From the IMG/VR virus record IMGVR_UViG_2541047706_000009: 38,923 bases of DNA, one strand, 5' to 3'. This DNA is from a virus (taxonomy: Duplodnaviria; Heunggongvirae; Uroviricota; Caudoviricetes). The first letter of the stretch is position 1. Each line of letters starts with the position of its first letter. This document shows positions 27,204-35,707 of the stretch, piece by piece. Under the pieces are notes generated by a model. It did not search any database, was not told where the DNA came from, and saw only the letters and a list, made by a program, of their open reading frames with translations. The translations under genes were made by a program, and so were the position numbers.

Positions 27204-27904
27204 CGTAAAACACCCTCCGCACTTACCAGTCCGTTTCGCAAAAGATAATCCATCGCCCTATCTGGTAATTTGCAATCAGGTTTTGCTTTTTTCAGTTGGC
27301 TGACCAATTGTTTAACCAGCACTGTTAATTCGATAACCTGGTAGCGCGGCAATGGTGAATTATCGGATTTGCCCTGACTTTCTGCGCTGCATGAATGCCC
27401 TTCCAGCCATGCCAATGCTTGTCGCATGAAATACGCAATATGTTTGCCGTGGTAATCGTCTTCATCGATGTGAAAAGCGATACTGCGGATGTATTCTATT
27501 GCGTTTTCAATAGCCTCCGGCCTTATCGGCGCTGACATATTTTGATTTTGGAGTGCCAAGACGCGGCTGGCATCCTCAACATCTTTAACTGCATCTGCGC
27601 AGTAGTTATAGCGATTGCACTCCACTAACTTCTGCTTGAGATTTTCAATTGCTTGCGCGACATCAGCCTGCAATTCCCGAACTGGCGGAGTGGCATATAA
27701 CGGCACCCACTTTGGTGCTTTATCCCCGACCGAACGCTGATACCAGTCACCCGGTTTGTATTCATAAAACTCACCAACAGGCTCTGCTTCCAGCAAGGCT
27801 AACGCTATTTCATAAGCTCGGCGCTCAATATTGTCTCGCACGTCCAGGCTGCCGATGCGCTCTTTGATTTCTTTAATCAGTTCTTTGTCGGTGAAAGTGG
27901 TCAT
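27200..27904 (-). CDS. Hypothetical nin-region protein
   Basis: About 234 aa from ATG 27904 with AAGGAG RBS (ORF-track extension to 27985 trimmed). Confidence 0.45.
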   Translation of the reverse strand: MTTFTDKELIKEIKERIGSLDVRDNIERRAYEIALALLEAEPVGEFYEYKPGDWYQRSVGDKAPKWVPLYATPPVRELQADVAQAIENLKQKLVECNRYNYCADAVKDVEDASRVLALQNQNMSAPIRPEAIENAIEYIRSIAFHIDEDDYHGKHIAYFMRQALAWLEGHSCSAESQGKSDNSPLPRYQVIELTVLVKQLVSQLKKAKPDCKLPDRAMDYLLRNGLVSAEGVLR

Positions 27905-27905
27905 A

Positions 27906-28466
27906 TCACTCTCCTTTGATGCGAATGCCAGCGGCGCGTGGCACATTAACTTCCACGATGCGCACTGTTGGTTTGTACATCTCAATCGCTGTCAGCCAGT
28001 CAGCTCCTGTCATGCGCTTTTCCGCATCGCCATTAGTCCACTGAACCGGTACACCAATAGCCTTCATCGCGATTTCTATTTCCCCGGCAATGGCGCTTTT
28101 TCCGCAACCAGTAAAACCAGAAACAACGACAAGAACTTCACCTTTGGCTGGTTTTATTTCCCGTGCTTCCAGTTCTGCAATGCGCTTTTTGTCTGCTTCC
28201 CGTTCATCCAGTAGTGCCAGCACGGTAGCTGGACTGGCTGCGGCGATGAATTCAGCATTGGCCTGCTGTTCCATTTGGAAATCTTCATCGAAACCGCTTT
28301 CAGGATGCGCTCCTTCAATTCTGCAAATGGGAATATATCCAGCAGCCTCGCGATGAATTAGTGCATCATCACCATCAAATCGGCCCTCTCCATATTCGAG
28401 CGACCACACACCACACGTTGCTTTCTCTGCCTTTTCACGCAGTGCCTGATAGTCAATTTCGCTCAC
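27906..28466 (-). CDS. Ead/Ea22-like protein
   Basis: 186 aa; N-terminal MSEIDYQALREKAEKAT and internal ..ATVLALLDEREADKKRIAELEARE.. resemble the Ead/Ea22 family of lambdoid prophages (from memory). Confidence 0.45.
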   Translation of the reverse strand: MSEIDYQALREKAEKATCGVWSLEYGEGRFDGDDALIHREAAGYIPICRIEGAHPESGFDEDFQMEQQANAEFIAAASPATVLALLDEREADKKRIAELEAREIKPAKGEVLVVVSGFTGCGKSAIAGEIEIAMKAIGVPVQWTNGDAEKRMTGADWLTAIEMYKPTVRIVEVNVPRAAGIRIKGE

Positions 28467-28948
28467 TGTTTGCCCTCCTTCATAAAAATAATCCAGTGGG
28501 TCTTGTCACCTTTTCCTGTTCGTTGACCGATAACAGGCTTTCTGTCGGTCAGTGCCAATATCTGGCGAACAGGTATTTGCGTTTCATTCCATTTAAAAAT
28601 CAGAACGCCGGATGGACGCAACACACGAAAGGCTTCTTTAAATCCCTGCCGCAAATCATCACGCCAGGTATCTTTATTCAGTCGTCCATATTTCTTTCCC
28701 ATCCAGGCGTTATCACCAACACGCTCAAGATGCGGAGGGTCGAATACAACCATCGAAAAGGATGCGTCTGCAAATGGTAGTGCACGAAAATCAGCTATCA
28801 GGTCAGGACTGATAATCAGGCGTCGTCCATCACATAATGTGTGCTCTTCCTTTCTGATATCGCTAAATATCGCCCGGTCGTCATTCTTATCGAACCAGAA
28901 CATGCGACTGCCACAGCACATGTCGAGGATTGCTGCATTTCCAGTCAC
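28463..28948 (-). CDS. DNA methyltransferase (amino-methyltransferase type)
   Basis: About 161 aa from GTG with AAGGAGG RBS; SAM-binding-like block ILDMCCGSRMFWF and catalytic DPPH tetrapeptide (VVFDPPHL). Start overlaps the upstream stop (GTGA). Confidence 0.55.
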   Translation of the reverse strand: MTGNAAILDMCCGSRMFWFDKNDDRAIFSDIRKEEHTLCDGRRLIISPDLIADFRALPFADASFSMVVFDPPHLERVGDNAWMGKKYGRLNKDTWRDDLRQGFKEAFRVLRPSGVLIFKWNETQIPVRQILALTDRKPVIGQRTGKGDKTHWIIFMKEGKQ

Positions 28949-29610
28949 TGGCTGCCTCCTTTGCGAATCTGTTCCGCCCATTCTTCAAGGGATTTTTCCG
29001 CATATTCACCGGACAGGCCATCAATCGGATGCGGTTCATTAGCCAACTCTTCTTTCGCTGACAAAATCATGCGTGTAACGTCGAAAACTTCACGCAAAGA
29101 CTTATTGATAAATCCGTGATTGAACGCAGCAGCAAGACGGCTGGCGGTATAGTTAATCCCCTCGTTGCGTGCTTCCGCACGAATTTCAGACAGGAAAGCA
29201 TCGGTGGCCGGGGTTTCAACACGGATGCTGTCGCGCAAGATGAAAAATGCATTGAGCATTCCAGTCTCTGGCGCTTCATCCTGATGCTTCTCATACGCAT
29301 CAAGAGCCTTCATCATCTCAGGTCCGAATGGTTGAGGTTGCACATACTTCAGCCCCGCATTCTCCACTGCCAGCGCCGAAAACTTATCGTGTGCCAACTT
29401 AACAGCTGCATCAGCCTGCTTAATTGACTCAATCGCTTTCTGTTGGTCTTCGGCCAGCGCATTAGCACGCACCAGTTGCACTTCCAGTTGCGTTGCCAAA
29501 TCGCTGATCAGCTTTGCCACACTACGCATATCAACGGCACCACATTCTGCTTTCAGTTCCGAAGCCATCTCATGCCCGGCGGCAACTAACCCTTTGATAT
29601 TACTTTCCAT
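28945..29610 (-). CDS. Hypothetical protein coupled to the methyltransferase
   Basis: 221-aa helical/acidic ORF whose stop overlaps the methyltransferase start. Confidence 0.4.
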   Translation of the reverse strand: MESNIKGLVAAGHEMASELKAECGAVDMRSVAKLISDLATQLEVQLVRANALAEDQQKAIESIKQADAAVKLAHDKFSALAVENAGLKYVQPQPFGPEMMKALDAYEKHQDEAPETGMLNAFFILRDSIRVETPATDAFLSEIRAEARNEGINYTASRLAAAFNHGFINKSLREVFDVTRMILSAKEELANEPHPIDGLSGEYAEKSLEEWAEQIRKGGSQ

Positions 29611-29671
29611 CTTTACCCTCGCTTATCCACATAACTTATTGATTACATTGATAACTAAAAAGATCGTCGAT

Positions 29672-30016
29672 TCAGAACTTTTCGATGTTCCAGCCACCAC
29701 CTGCTTTCTTTGGTTTAACCGTTACCCCGATGATTCGGAACGGATACTGATCTGCGGCGACTTTGGTTTTCACCCTGGCGTCGTCGGTCCAGAAACCTTT
29801 CACTTCGTGCAGTTCCATCTCGCCGGTGGCGAGCATCACAGCAAAATCGGGCGTATAGAACGTGTTGTCAGCTAACCGCAGCTTGATACCCTCAAATCGA
29901 TACCAGACGATTTCTCCTGCACGTTTACGCAGCTCAAGGTGCTGGCAATACGCAGATTCTGTTTTGTTCATCTGACCTGTTTTGAGTCGACCAAGAGCCT
30001 GTATCTGTTTTCTCAT
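29672..30016 (-). CDS. DUF1064-family protein
   Basis: 114 aa; pattern KTE..Y...LEL.K.AGEI..........L.L......Y.PDF.V......E.HEVKG..T matches DUF1064 phage proteins. Confidence 0.5.
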   Translation of the reverse strand: MRKQIQALGRLKTGQMNKTESAYCQHLELRKRAGEIVWYRFEGIKLRLADNTFYTPDFAVMLATGEMELHEVKGFWTDDARVKTKVAADQYPFRIIGVTVKPKKAGGGWNIEKF

Positions 30017-30018
30017 GA

Positions 30019-30035
30019 TTTACCTCTGAGGTAAT
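30019..30035. promoter_or_regulatory. Operator-like palindrome TTTACC-tctga-GGTAAT
   Basis: Lies 3 nt upstream of the DUF1064 start codon and includes its RBS. Confidence 0.5.
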
Positions 30036-30080
30036 TAAAAACCACATAAGACACGAAATCAATAGATTTTAGAATATTTT

Positions 30081-30097
30081 ATTACCTAACAGGTAAT
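30081..30097. promoter_or_regulatory. Operator-like palindrome ATTACC-taaca-GGTAAT
   Basis: Perfect site between the P-like gene stop and the DUF1064 gene. Confidence 0.5.
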
Positions 30098-30133
30098 TGT
30101 CGAGGCGTAAAAAAATGCGCTATCGCGCTGGTA

Positions 30134-30934
30134 TTACTTGATAAATCCTGCCGCCTTTCCCCGCCTGTATTCCTCCATCAGCCACTGCGCCGGTGTTATT
30201 CCCCCAAGGGTGGCGGCGTTAGGCATGCACCCGAAACTTCGCCCTGGTGGATGGTAAACGTCTCTCCCTGTGTCCGGAGGTGTACTCATGGGTTCTGGCT
30301 TTGCCTGTATGCTGATCACCGGATCGGGTATCTGCTGTCCGGAAGCCACCTTTTTCGCCCAATCATCGAGCAGCCTGCGCGCGTGTTTCTCAACCTCAAT
30401 CTCGCTAAGCTGGCGCTGATACATTGCACGGCGGGTATCACATACGACCCAGTACATAACCGGATGTCGCCACGGGAATCTTTCGGGACCACCAGGATAT
30501 AAACTTTTTTCCTTGCTGTACCGGTGAAACTCCGCCATCACATCGTCAATGGTGACGCCAAGAACCATCTTGCTGTCTTTGCACCACTTGATAAATTGCC
30601 CTGGAGACGGCCAGAACGGAGATTCACTGGCGCGGGCGTGGCGCATACCAGCAGAAACCTGTTCACGGGTTCGGATCCCCCCTTCGGCAAACGCAGCAAT
30701 CCACTGCTGTTTTGCAGCAACTTCCTGCTCTGGCGTCTTCAGGTTGGTTACCACTGCCGCCGGAAACAGTTGTTTCAGCTGTTTAAAAAGGGCATCAACA
30801 AGCCTCTCTGCTGACATGTTCACCACATTGTCATTGTTGACGTACTGATGCTCATAACCTGACATGCGAGAAAGGGCTTCTCCGTCACGGTTTTGTATCG
30901 CGGTAAAAACGTTGTTCACAAGAAATCCTCCCAT
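30134..30934 (-). CDS. Replication protein P-like (helicase loader)
   Basis: 266 aa; block ..MRHARASESPFWPSPGQFIKWC.. matches lambda P ..MRVARRQNRPFLPSPGQFVAWC.., and the N-terminal region also aligns. Confidence 0.75.
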   Translation of the reverse strand: MGGFLVNNVFTAIQNRDGEALSRMSGYEHQYVNNDNVVNMSAERLVDALFKQLKQLFPAAVVTNLKTPEQEVAAKQQWIAAFAEGGIRTREQVSAGMRHARASESPFWPSPGQFIKWCKDSKMVLGVTIDDVMAEFHRYSKEKSLYPGGPERFPWRHPVMYWVVCDTRRAMYQRQLSEIEVEKHARRLLDDWAKKVASGQQIPDPVISIQAKPEPMSTPPDTGRDVYHPPGRSFGCMPNAATLGGITPAQWLMEEYRRGKAAGFIK

Positions 30935-31755
30935 GCTTCAGGGCTGTTCCAGTGCGGAACGTTGTTATCAGGTAATGTTGATTGCTTCTGTCTGCTAATC
31001 TGCAGCCGCCTTGCCAGCTTCTGCTCCCACTGTGCCTGATGGTATGCCTTACCCTCAGCCATCCAGTAAATTCTGAACTCTGCAAGTTCCTGTGCCGTTG
31101 GCAGACTGTCCAGGTAGATCCCCTGCAATGAGCTTTTCCGAAGAAAGTCATCTGATGGCTGCCATTGTTCATGCATGACAAATTTGCCTAATTGCCCTGG
31201 CCCACCAGGAGGAACAAAGTTATTCATCACGGCGTTGTTTGCGCCGGGGTCATGAGGCACAGAATCCCCGCTTTTTGTCCTGCTCTCCCTCTCTTGGTTA
31301 AATGACTGGTTATATGACTGGTTCTGGATCCCGTTTTTGGGATCATTCAACATCCCGTTTTTGGGATCATTCAACATCCCGTTTTTGGGATCATTCAACA
31401 TCCCGTTTTTGGGTATATTCCCGTTTTCGGTAACATTACCGTTTTCGGGTTCATTACCCCCCTCCCGGTTGCCTTTAATGTTCCCGTTTTTGGTTATATT
31501 AAGAGAGAAAACCCGTACTCTTTTCGTCGCCCCCTTTCTCTCTCCGGTATCTGAAATAAGCCCCATTTTCATGAGCGATATAAGCCCGGCCTGCACGGTT
31601 TTTTTATTCAGGCAAGTGTCTTTAACGAGGCGTTCTATGCTGGGGTAGCAGAGGTTATATTCATCGGCTCTGTCAGCCATCGAGAGCAGTATGAGCTTTA
31701 ATGATGAGCTACCTGGATCTGTCTCCCAGGCCCAATCTGTTGCATGTCTGCTCAT
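30916..31755 (-). CDS. Replication initiator O-like protein containing the origin iterons
   Basis: 279 aa; helical N-terminal domain; the central region encodes the repeated PKNGMLND peptide from the iterons; directly upstream of the P-like gene; GGAG RBS. Confidence 0.65.
   Translation of the reverse strand: MSRHATDWAWETDPGSSSLKLILLSMADRADEYNLCYPSIERLVKDTCLNKKTVQAGLISLMKMGLISDTGERKGATKRVRVFSLNITKNGNIKGNREGGNEPENGNVTENGNIPKNGMLNDPKNGMLNDPKNGMLNDPKNGIQNQSYNQSFNQERESRTKSGDSVPHDPGANNAVMNNFVPPGGPGQLGKFVMHEQWQPSDDFLRKSSLQGIYLDSLPTAQELAEFRIYWMAEGKAYHQAQWEQKLARRLQISRQKQSTLPDNNVPHWNSPEAWEDFL
31328..31458. repeat. Origin iterons: 3 perfect 24-bp repeats plus degenerate copies
   Basis: ATCCCGTTTTTGGGATCATTCAAC at 31328-31351, 31352-31375 and 31376-31399, then degenerate CCCGTTTTTGG / CCGTTTTCGG copies and an AT-rich stretch; each perfect unit contains GATC. 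Confidence 0.7.
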
Positions 31756-31770
31756 GATTAATCTCCGCTA

Positions 31771-31971
31771 TCAGCTTGAGTGTTGTGGGGAGGAATTAAT
31801 CATGATCTGCTTAATCTCTGCCCTGATGCGACGGTTTGATTCCATGGTGCACTCAACACAGTGTCCGTTGTAAACCCAGCGTTCACTGTCATGTCCGTGC
31901 TTACATGGTTTTCCGGTGTAGTAGCGTTTAAGTCCGCGCTTTGCGGCATCAATACGTGTAATGATTTCCAT
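31771..31971 (-). CDS. Small zinc-ribbon protein (CII-position gene)
   Basis: 66 aa from ATG 31971 (MEIITRIDAAKRG..) with C-x-H..C-x-x-C motif; sits between the cro-like and O-like genes. Confidence 0.4.
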   Translation of the reverse strand: MEIITRIDAAKRGLKRYYTGKPCKHGHDSERWVYNGHCVECTMESNRRIRAEIKQIMINSSPQHSS

Positions 31972-32050
31972 GGTAAGCCCTGTTATTAGTATTGGGATTA
32001 CGGTTATTTTGTGCTGACACAAAAAAAAGATCAACCATATTTGGTTTTTT

Positions 32051-32067
32051 ATTACCTTTGAGGTACG
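32051..32067. promoter_or_regulatory. Operator-like palindrome ATTACC-tttga-GGTACG
   Basis: Between the zinc-ribbon gene and the terminator that follows the cro-like gene. Confidence 0.4.
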
Positions 32068-32080
32068 AATAGATATGAAA

Positions 32081-32100
32081 AGACCGCCGGATGGCGGTCT
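32081..32100 (-). terminator. tR1-like terminator after the cro-like gene
   Basis: agaccgcc-ggat-ggcggtct hairpin followed on the minus strand by ttttcat. Confidence 0.55.
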
Positions 32101-32121
32101 ACAGAGGGTTGTGGCTGGATA

Positions 32122-32352
32122 TCATGAGTAGAAGAAGTATGCCAGTTCTGCTTTTGAGCGCAGCCATTGTCTTGTTTTACAGGCTTTAAAAAGCCCATTC
32201 ATCAATACCTTACCTGGCATTTTGCGCTTACCTGTTAAGTGAGTCTGGATATAGTGACTCGTCGTTCCGGCTTCCTGTGCGAAGGCTTCACGCTCATCCG
32301 GAGTAAGTGCAAGCCAGTGCTTTTTGAAATCGAAATGTCCGTTATCGCTCAT
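32122..32352 (-). CDS. Cro-like early regulator (first gene of rightward-type operon)
   Basis: 76-aa basic protein divergent from the repressor gene across an intergenic region with three operator-like palindromes. Confidence 0.45.
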   Translation of the reverse strand: MSDNGHFDFKKHWLALTPDEREAFAQEAGTTSHYIQTHLTGKRKMPGKVLMNGLFKACKTRQWLRSKAELAYFFYS

Positions 32353-32387
32353 AGCTATTGCCTGATATTTATTTCAGATAATAAATA

Positions 32388-32452
32388 TTCACCCATAAGG
32401 TAACAAAAATCAAGGATAGTTACCTGTGGGGTGCATTTACCTGTTGGGTAAT
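32388..32452. promoter_or_regulatory. OR-like region with three operator-like sites and divergent promoters
   Basis: TTCACC-cataa-GGTAAC (32388-32404), GTTACC-tgtgg-GGTGCA (32419-32435, weaker) and TTTACC-tgttg-GGTAAT (32436-32452). On the minus strand, a TTGATT -35 and GAATAT -10 flank the first site. Confidence 0.6.
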
Positions 32453-32506
32453 ATTGCTTTAAATTGAATCATCTACTGATTCATATATGAGGCGATTTTC
32501 CAGAAA

Positions 32507-33091
32507 ATGAAAAGTATCCAGGACGTCCGCAGGCAAAATCTCAACGACTTGATCGACCGTGAATGCAATGGTGTTCAGACGCGGATGGCAGAAAAACTTG
32601 GAACTCAGGCAAATCTGGTAAACCGCTGGGCTCTTGGCAAGAAGGTTATCGGCGACCAGGTTGCACGAAAAATTGAAGCTGCCGCCAATAAACCCCGTAA
32701 CTGGCTTGATATTGATCGTTCGCTTTCTCAGGAGGGTTTTCAGCCTGTCGGCCCGAGCGATATAGGTCAGCTGGCGGCTCACAACCTGGAACGCTGGATG
32801 AGCGAAAGCCGCGACCTTTCAACACAGGGAAAACTTCACCGCGCATCCGGCGTCGCCCAGGTGACAATCAGCCGCCTGTTAAACAATGAGGTCAGCGTTT
32901 CCATTTCCACCCTGGAGAATGTTGCATCCGCATTCGGGCGTCACGGCTATGAATTACTGATTCACCCGCACGACCCTGCGACCATCAACTATGATCGCTC
33001 GCGCTACGCATTGTTACCCGAAACCGAGAAAGCAAAGATCGAAAGTTACATTGAATTTGTCATCAACCAGAACGAAAAAAACAAACAATAA
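32507..33091 (+). CDS. Putative prophage repressor, tandem HTH, no S24 peptidase domain
   Basis: 194 aa with two helix-turn-helix-like segments (..VQTRMAEKLGTQANLVNRWALGKK.. and ..ASGVAQVTISRLLNNEVSVSISTLENVASAFG..); no Ala-Gly/Ser-Lys autocleavage signature. Flanked by operator clusters and followed by a terminator. Confidence 0.55.
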   Translation: MKSIQDVRRQNLNDLIDRECNGVQTRMAEKLGTQANLVNRWALGKKVIGDQVARKIEAAANKPRNWLDIDRSLSQEGFQPVGPSDIGQLAAHNLERWMSESRDLSTQGKLHRASGVAQVTISRLLNNEVSVSISTLENVASAFGRHGYELLIHPHDPATINYDRSRYALLPETEKAKIESYIEFVINQNEKNKQ

Positions 33092-33112
33092 AACCATATT
33101 TTTCAGTAAGTA

Positions 33113-33136
33113 AGCCGCCTTATGGCGGCTTTTTTA
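33113..33136 (+). terminator. Rho-independent terminator after the repressor gene
   Basis: agccgcc-ttat-ggcggct hairpin followed by TTTTTT. Confidence 0.65.
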
Positions 33137-33147
33137 TTGTCTATTCG

Positions 33148-33226
33148 ATTACCTAACGGGTAATTTTTTTAACTCATATCTATTGACATCAAACCATATA
33201 CGCATAATTATTACCTCAACGGTAAC
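33148..33226 (+). promoter_or_regulatory. OL/pL-like region with two operator-like sites and TTGACA
   Basis: ATTACC-taacg-GGTAAT (33148-33164), TTGACA at 33183-33188, ATTACC-tcaac-GGTAAC (33210-33226). Confidence 0.55.
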
Positions 33227-33244
33227 AGACCGAGGTAACAAGTT

Positions 33245-33397
33245 ATGCAGTGGAAAATCATCAACGGTTGGTACTGCGTTACTGCATGCGGATTCATGAG
33301 CTGGAAGTTCCGCACCTTACAGGAAGGCATTAAGTGGGCTTTCGTCAGCAAAGAAGCTAGCGATGTGGCCAACGATAACGAGATATGGGAGGGCTGA
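33245..33397 (+). CDS. Small protein (50 aa), first gene of leftward-type early operon
   Basis: ATG with GAGGT RBS 9 nt upstream; below the ORF-track size cutoff, found by manual translation. Confidence 0.35.
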   Translation: MQWKIINGWYCVTACGFMSWKFRTLQEGIKWAFVSKEASDVANDNEIWEG

Positions 33398-33399
33398 TA

Positions 33400-33699
33400 A
33401 TGAACGTTAATCAGCAGAAAAATCTTCAAAAAATCATGCTGGCATTCGACAAGGACTACCGTCTGTCAGAACAGCTATATGACCGACAAGTTGAACTGAT
33501 TGAGAGTATCCGGCTTCATCAACTGGCATCAACTTTCGACGTTGTAACAGTTAAAGGCGTTCGCCAGGAAGTACTGGAGGCCGCTAAAGACAGCCCTGAG
33601 TTCGAAGAACTAATGGATGCCTACCGGCGCGAGGCAATGGCAATTATCGCCCGCTGGGATCTGGCTGATCAGCTTGATGGGCAGAGGGACGCGGCATGA
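33400..33699 (+). CDS. Hypothetical early protein
   Basis: 99 aa from ATG 33400 with GGGAGGG RBS; its stop overlaps the next start (ATGA). Confidence 0.45.
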   Translation: MNVNQQKNLQKIMLAFDKDYRLSEQLYDRQVELIESIRLHQLASTFDVVTVKGVRQEVLEAAKDSPEFEELMDAYRREAMAIIARWDLADQLDGQRDAA

Positions 33700-33902
33700 A
33701 ACCAACACTCCTCTCATTGCTGCGAGGTGGAAAACACAGCATCCGAGATATGGCAAAGATTCTTGGTATCTCAAGATCGAAGGTTTCTTGGTTCATCGCT
33801 GAGCTTGAACGTCGCAAATGGGTAGAGGTAACCATGAGCGCAATATATTTCCACGATGGAACCCGTTCCAACAAGCAGAACGAATACAAGGTTAAGTTAT
33901 GA
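33696..33902 (+). CDS. Small HTH DNA-binding protein
   Basis: 68 aa with helix-turn-helix-like segment (SIRDMAKILGISRSKVSWFIAEL); coupled to both neighbours by ATGA overlaps. Confidence 0.45.
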   Translation: MKPTLLSLLRGGKHSIRDMAKILGISRSKVSWFIAELERRKWVEVTMSAIYFHDGTRSNKQNEYKVKL

Positions 33903-34720
33903 ATACTGGCATCTATTTCGACATCAGCAATGAGGACTACCACGCCGGTGACGGCGTGAGTAAGTCGCAACTGGACATGGTTGCCAAGAATCCGGCGCTT
34001 CTTAAATGGGTTCAGGCAGCACCAGAAGACGAAGAGAAAAAGTCTGCACTGGATATGGGAACCGCATTGCACTGTCTGCTTCTGGAGCCTAGAGAGTTCG
34101 ACAAACGCTTCATTGTTTCACCGAAATTCGATCGTCGGACGAAACAAGGTAAAGCTGACGAAGAGGCATTTCTTCGTGATGTGGCGGATATGGGGATTAC
34201 GGTACTTGATGCCGAGCAGTGGCGGAAACTGGAGCTGATGCGTGATAGCGCAATGGCTCACCCGGCGGCACGCTGGATGTTGGAAGCACCTGGTTACTGC
34301 GAAGCATCAATGTACTGGAACGATGAAGAGACGGGTGAGTTGTGCCGAATTCGTCCAGACAAATGGCTGAACGAGCACAACGTGATCGTCGACGTGAAAA
34401 AGGTTGCAGATATGGACCGTTTTGCACGCCACATCGAGGAATTCCGCTACCACGTGCAGGACGCAATGTACCGCGAAGGCGCAATGAGGGTTACTGGTCA
34501 GCCGCATGGTTTTTTCTTTCTTGCCGTGAGCGAAAGCATTGATTGTGGTCGGTATCCGGTACGCGTGTTCGAGCTGGATGCGCAGGATGTCGATGCCGGG
34601 CACGCTCTGTTCCGCCGGGATCTGAATACCTATCACGAATGCCGCATCAATGATGAATGGGGCGGTGTGGAAATCATTAAACGCCCTGAGTGGGCACGCA
34701 AACAGGATATGTACATATGA
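33899..34720 (+). CDS. PD-(D/E)XK-type exonuclease (RecE/YqaJ-like recombination nuclease)
   Basis: 273 aa; acidic residues and a D-x-K block (IVDVKKV) consistent with a PD-(D/E)XK fold; immediately upstream of and coupled to the annealing-protein gene. Confidence 0.55.
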   Translation: MNTGIYFDISNEDYHAGDGVSKSQLDMVAKNPALLKWVQAAPEDEEKKSALDMGTALHCLLLEPREFDKRFIVSPKFDRRTKQGKADEEAFLRDVADMGITVLDAEQWRKLELMRDSAMAHPAARWMLEAPGYCEASMYWNDEETGELCRIRPDKWLNEHNVIVDVKKVADMDRFARHIEEFRYHVQDAMYREGAMRVTGQPHGFFFLAVSESIDCGRYPVRVFELDAQDVDAGHALFRRDLNTYHECRINDEWGGVEIIKRPEWARKQDMYI

Positions 34721-35658
34721 GCAACGACATCGCAAACATCAACGCACCAGTAGACACAGCAATCGCTGGAACTGCTGCAACTATTTTCAGCCCAGACGGC
34801 TTGAACCAACTGATGAAATTCGCCGAGGTAATGGCGCAAAGCCGCGTAACGGTACCGGCGCACCTCGCCGGGAAACCAGCTGATTGCATGGCCGTGGCAA
34901 TGCAGGCTGCGCAGTGGGGAATGAACCCGTTTGCCGTGGCTCAGAAAACCCATGTTGTGAACGGCACGCTAGGTTATGAAGCCCAATTAGTAAACGCAGT
35001 TATCTCAACGATGTCGCCAACAAAAGATCGCATCAACTACGAGTGGTTTGGGCCGTGGGAACGCGTGATCGGTAAGTTTGTTGAGAAAACATCCAAAAAC
35101 GGCAATCCATATATCGCACCAGGCTGGACTCTAAAAGACGAAGAAGGCTGCGGTGTTCGCGTATGGGCAACCATGAAGGGCGAGGATCAACCTCGAGTGC
35201 TTGAGTTAATGCTGTCTCAAGCACAGGTAAGAAACTCCACACTTTGGGCCAGTGATCCGAAACAACAACTCGCATACCTTGCGACAAAACGCTGGTCTCG
35301 CCTGCACTGTCCTGACGTAATCATGGGCGTCTACACCCCAGACGAATTACAGGAAACGGCACCGCGCGTTGAGCGAGACATTACTCCGCAAACGACAACT
35401 GCTGCGGGAATGAACAGTCTGATCAACGCTAAAACAGTGAAAAAGCCTGATGAGCAAACGCGTAAAGCGGATAGCCGTGATCCAGAAGAAATGCTGATGG
35501 CCTTTACCAGCGCAGCGATGAATTACAGCACTGTCTCCGAACTGGATAAGGCTTACAAATACATTGCACAAAAACTTTCAGATGATGACGAACTGCTGGC
35601 AAAAGCCACCGACGTTTACAGCGTTCGTCGGGAAGAATTAAACGAAATATCTATGTAA
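34717..35658 (+). CDS. RecT/Bet-family single-strand annealing protein
   Basis: 313 aa from ATG 34717; block ..CMAVAMQAAQWGMNPFAVAQKTHVVNG.. parallels the Bet/RecT core (..LLIVANQYGLNPWTKEIYAF..). Confidence 0.6.
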   Translation: MSNDIANINAPVDTAIAGTAATIFSPDGLNQLMKFAEVMAQSRVTVPAHLAGKPADCMAVAMQAAQWGMNPFAVAQKTHVVNGTLGYEAQLVNAVISTMSPTKDRINYEWFGPWERVIGKFVEKTSKNGNPYIAPGWTLKDEEGCGVRVWATMKGEDQPRVLELMLSQAQVRNSTLWASDPKQQLAYLATKRWSRLHCPDVIMGVYTPDELQETAPRVERDITPQTTTAAGMNSLINAKTVKKPDEQTRKADSRDPEEMLMAFTSAAMNYSTVSELDKAYKYIAQKLSDDDELLAKATDVYSVRREELNEISM

Positions 35659-35707
35659 CCACCACCGCGGCGCCACGCGCGCCGCACTGCAACCAAGAGA
35701 GGTATTT

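Noticed and set aside
31328-31458. Tandem repeats considered as a possible CRISPR array
   Set aside because: The repeats are directly adjacent with no unique spacers, lie inside the replication-initiator gene and encode a peptide repeat; they are origin iterons, and no cas genes are present.
32459-32782. 107-aa minus-strand ORF inside the repressor gene
   Set aside because: Fully antisense to the better-supported repressor ORF, with no operator or promoter logic supporting it.
5444-33226. ATTACC/GGTAAT palindromes as terminal inverted repeats of an insertion sequence or MITE
   Set aside because: The sites are single 17-bp palindromes, not paired termini; there is no transposase gene or target-site duplication, and they cluster at promoters.
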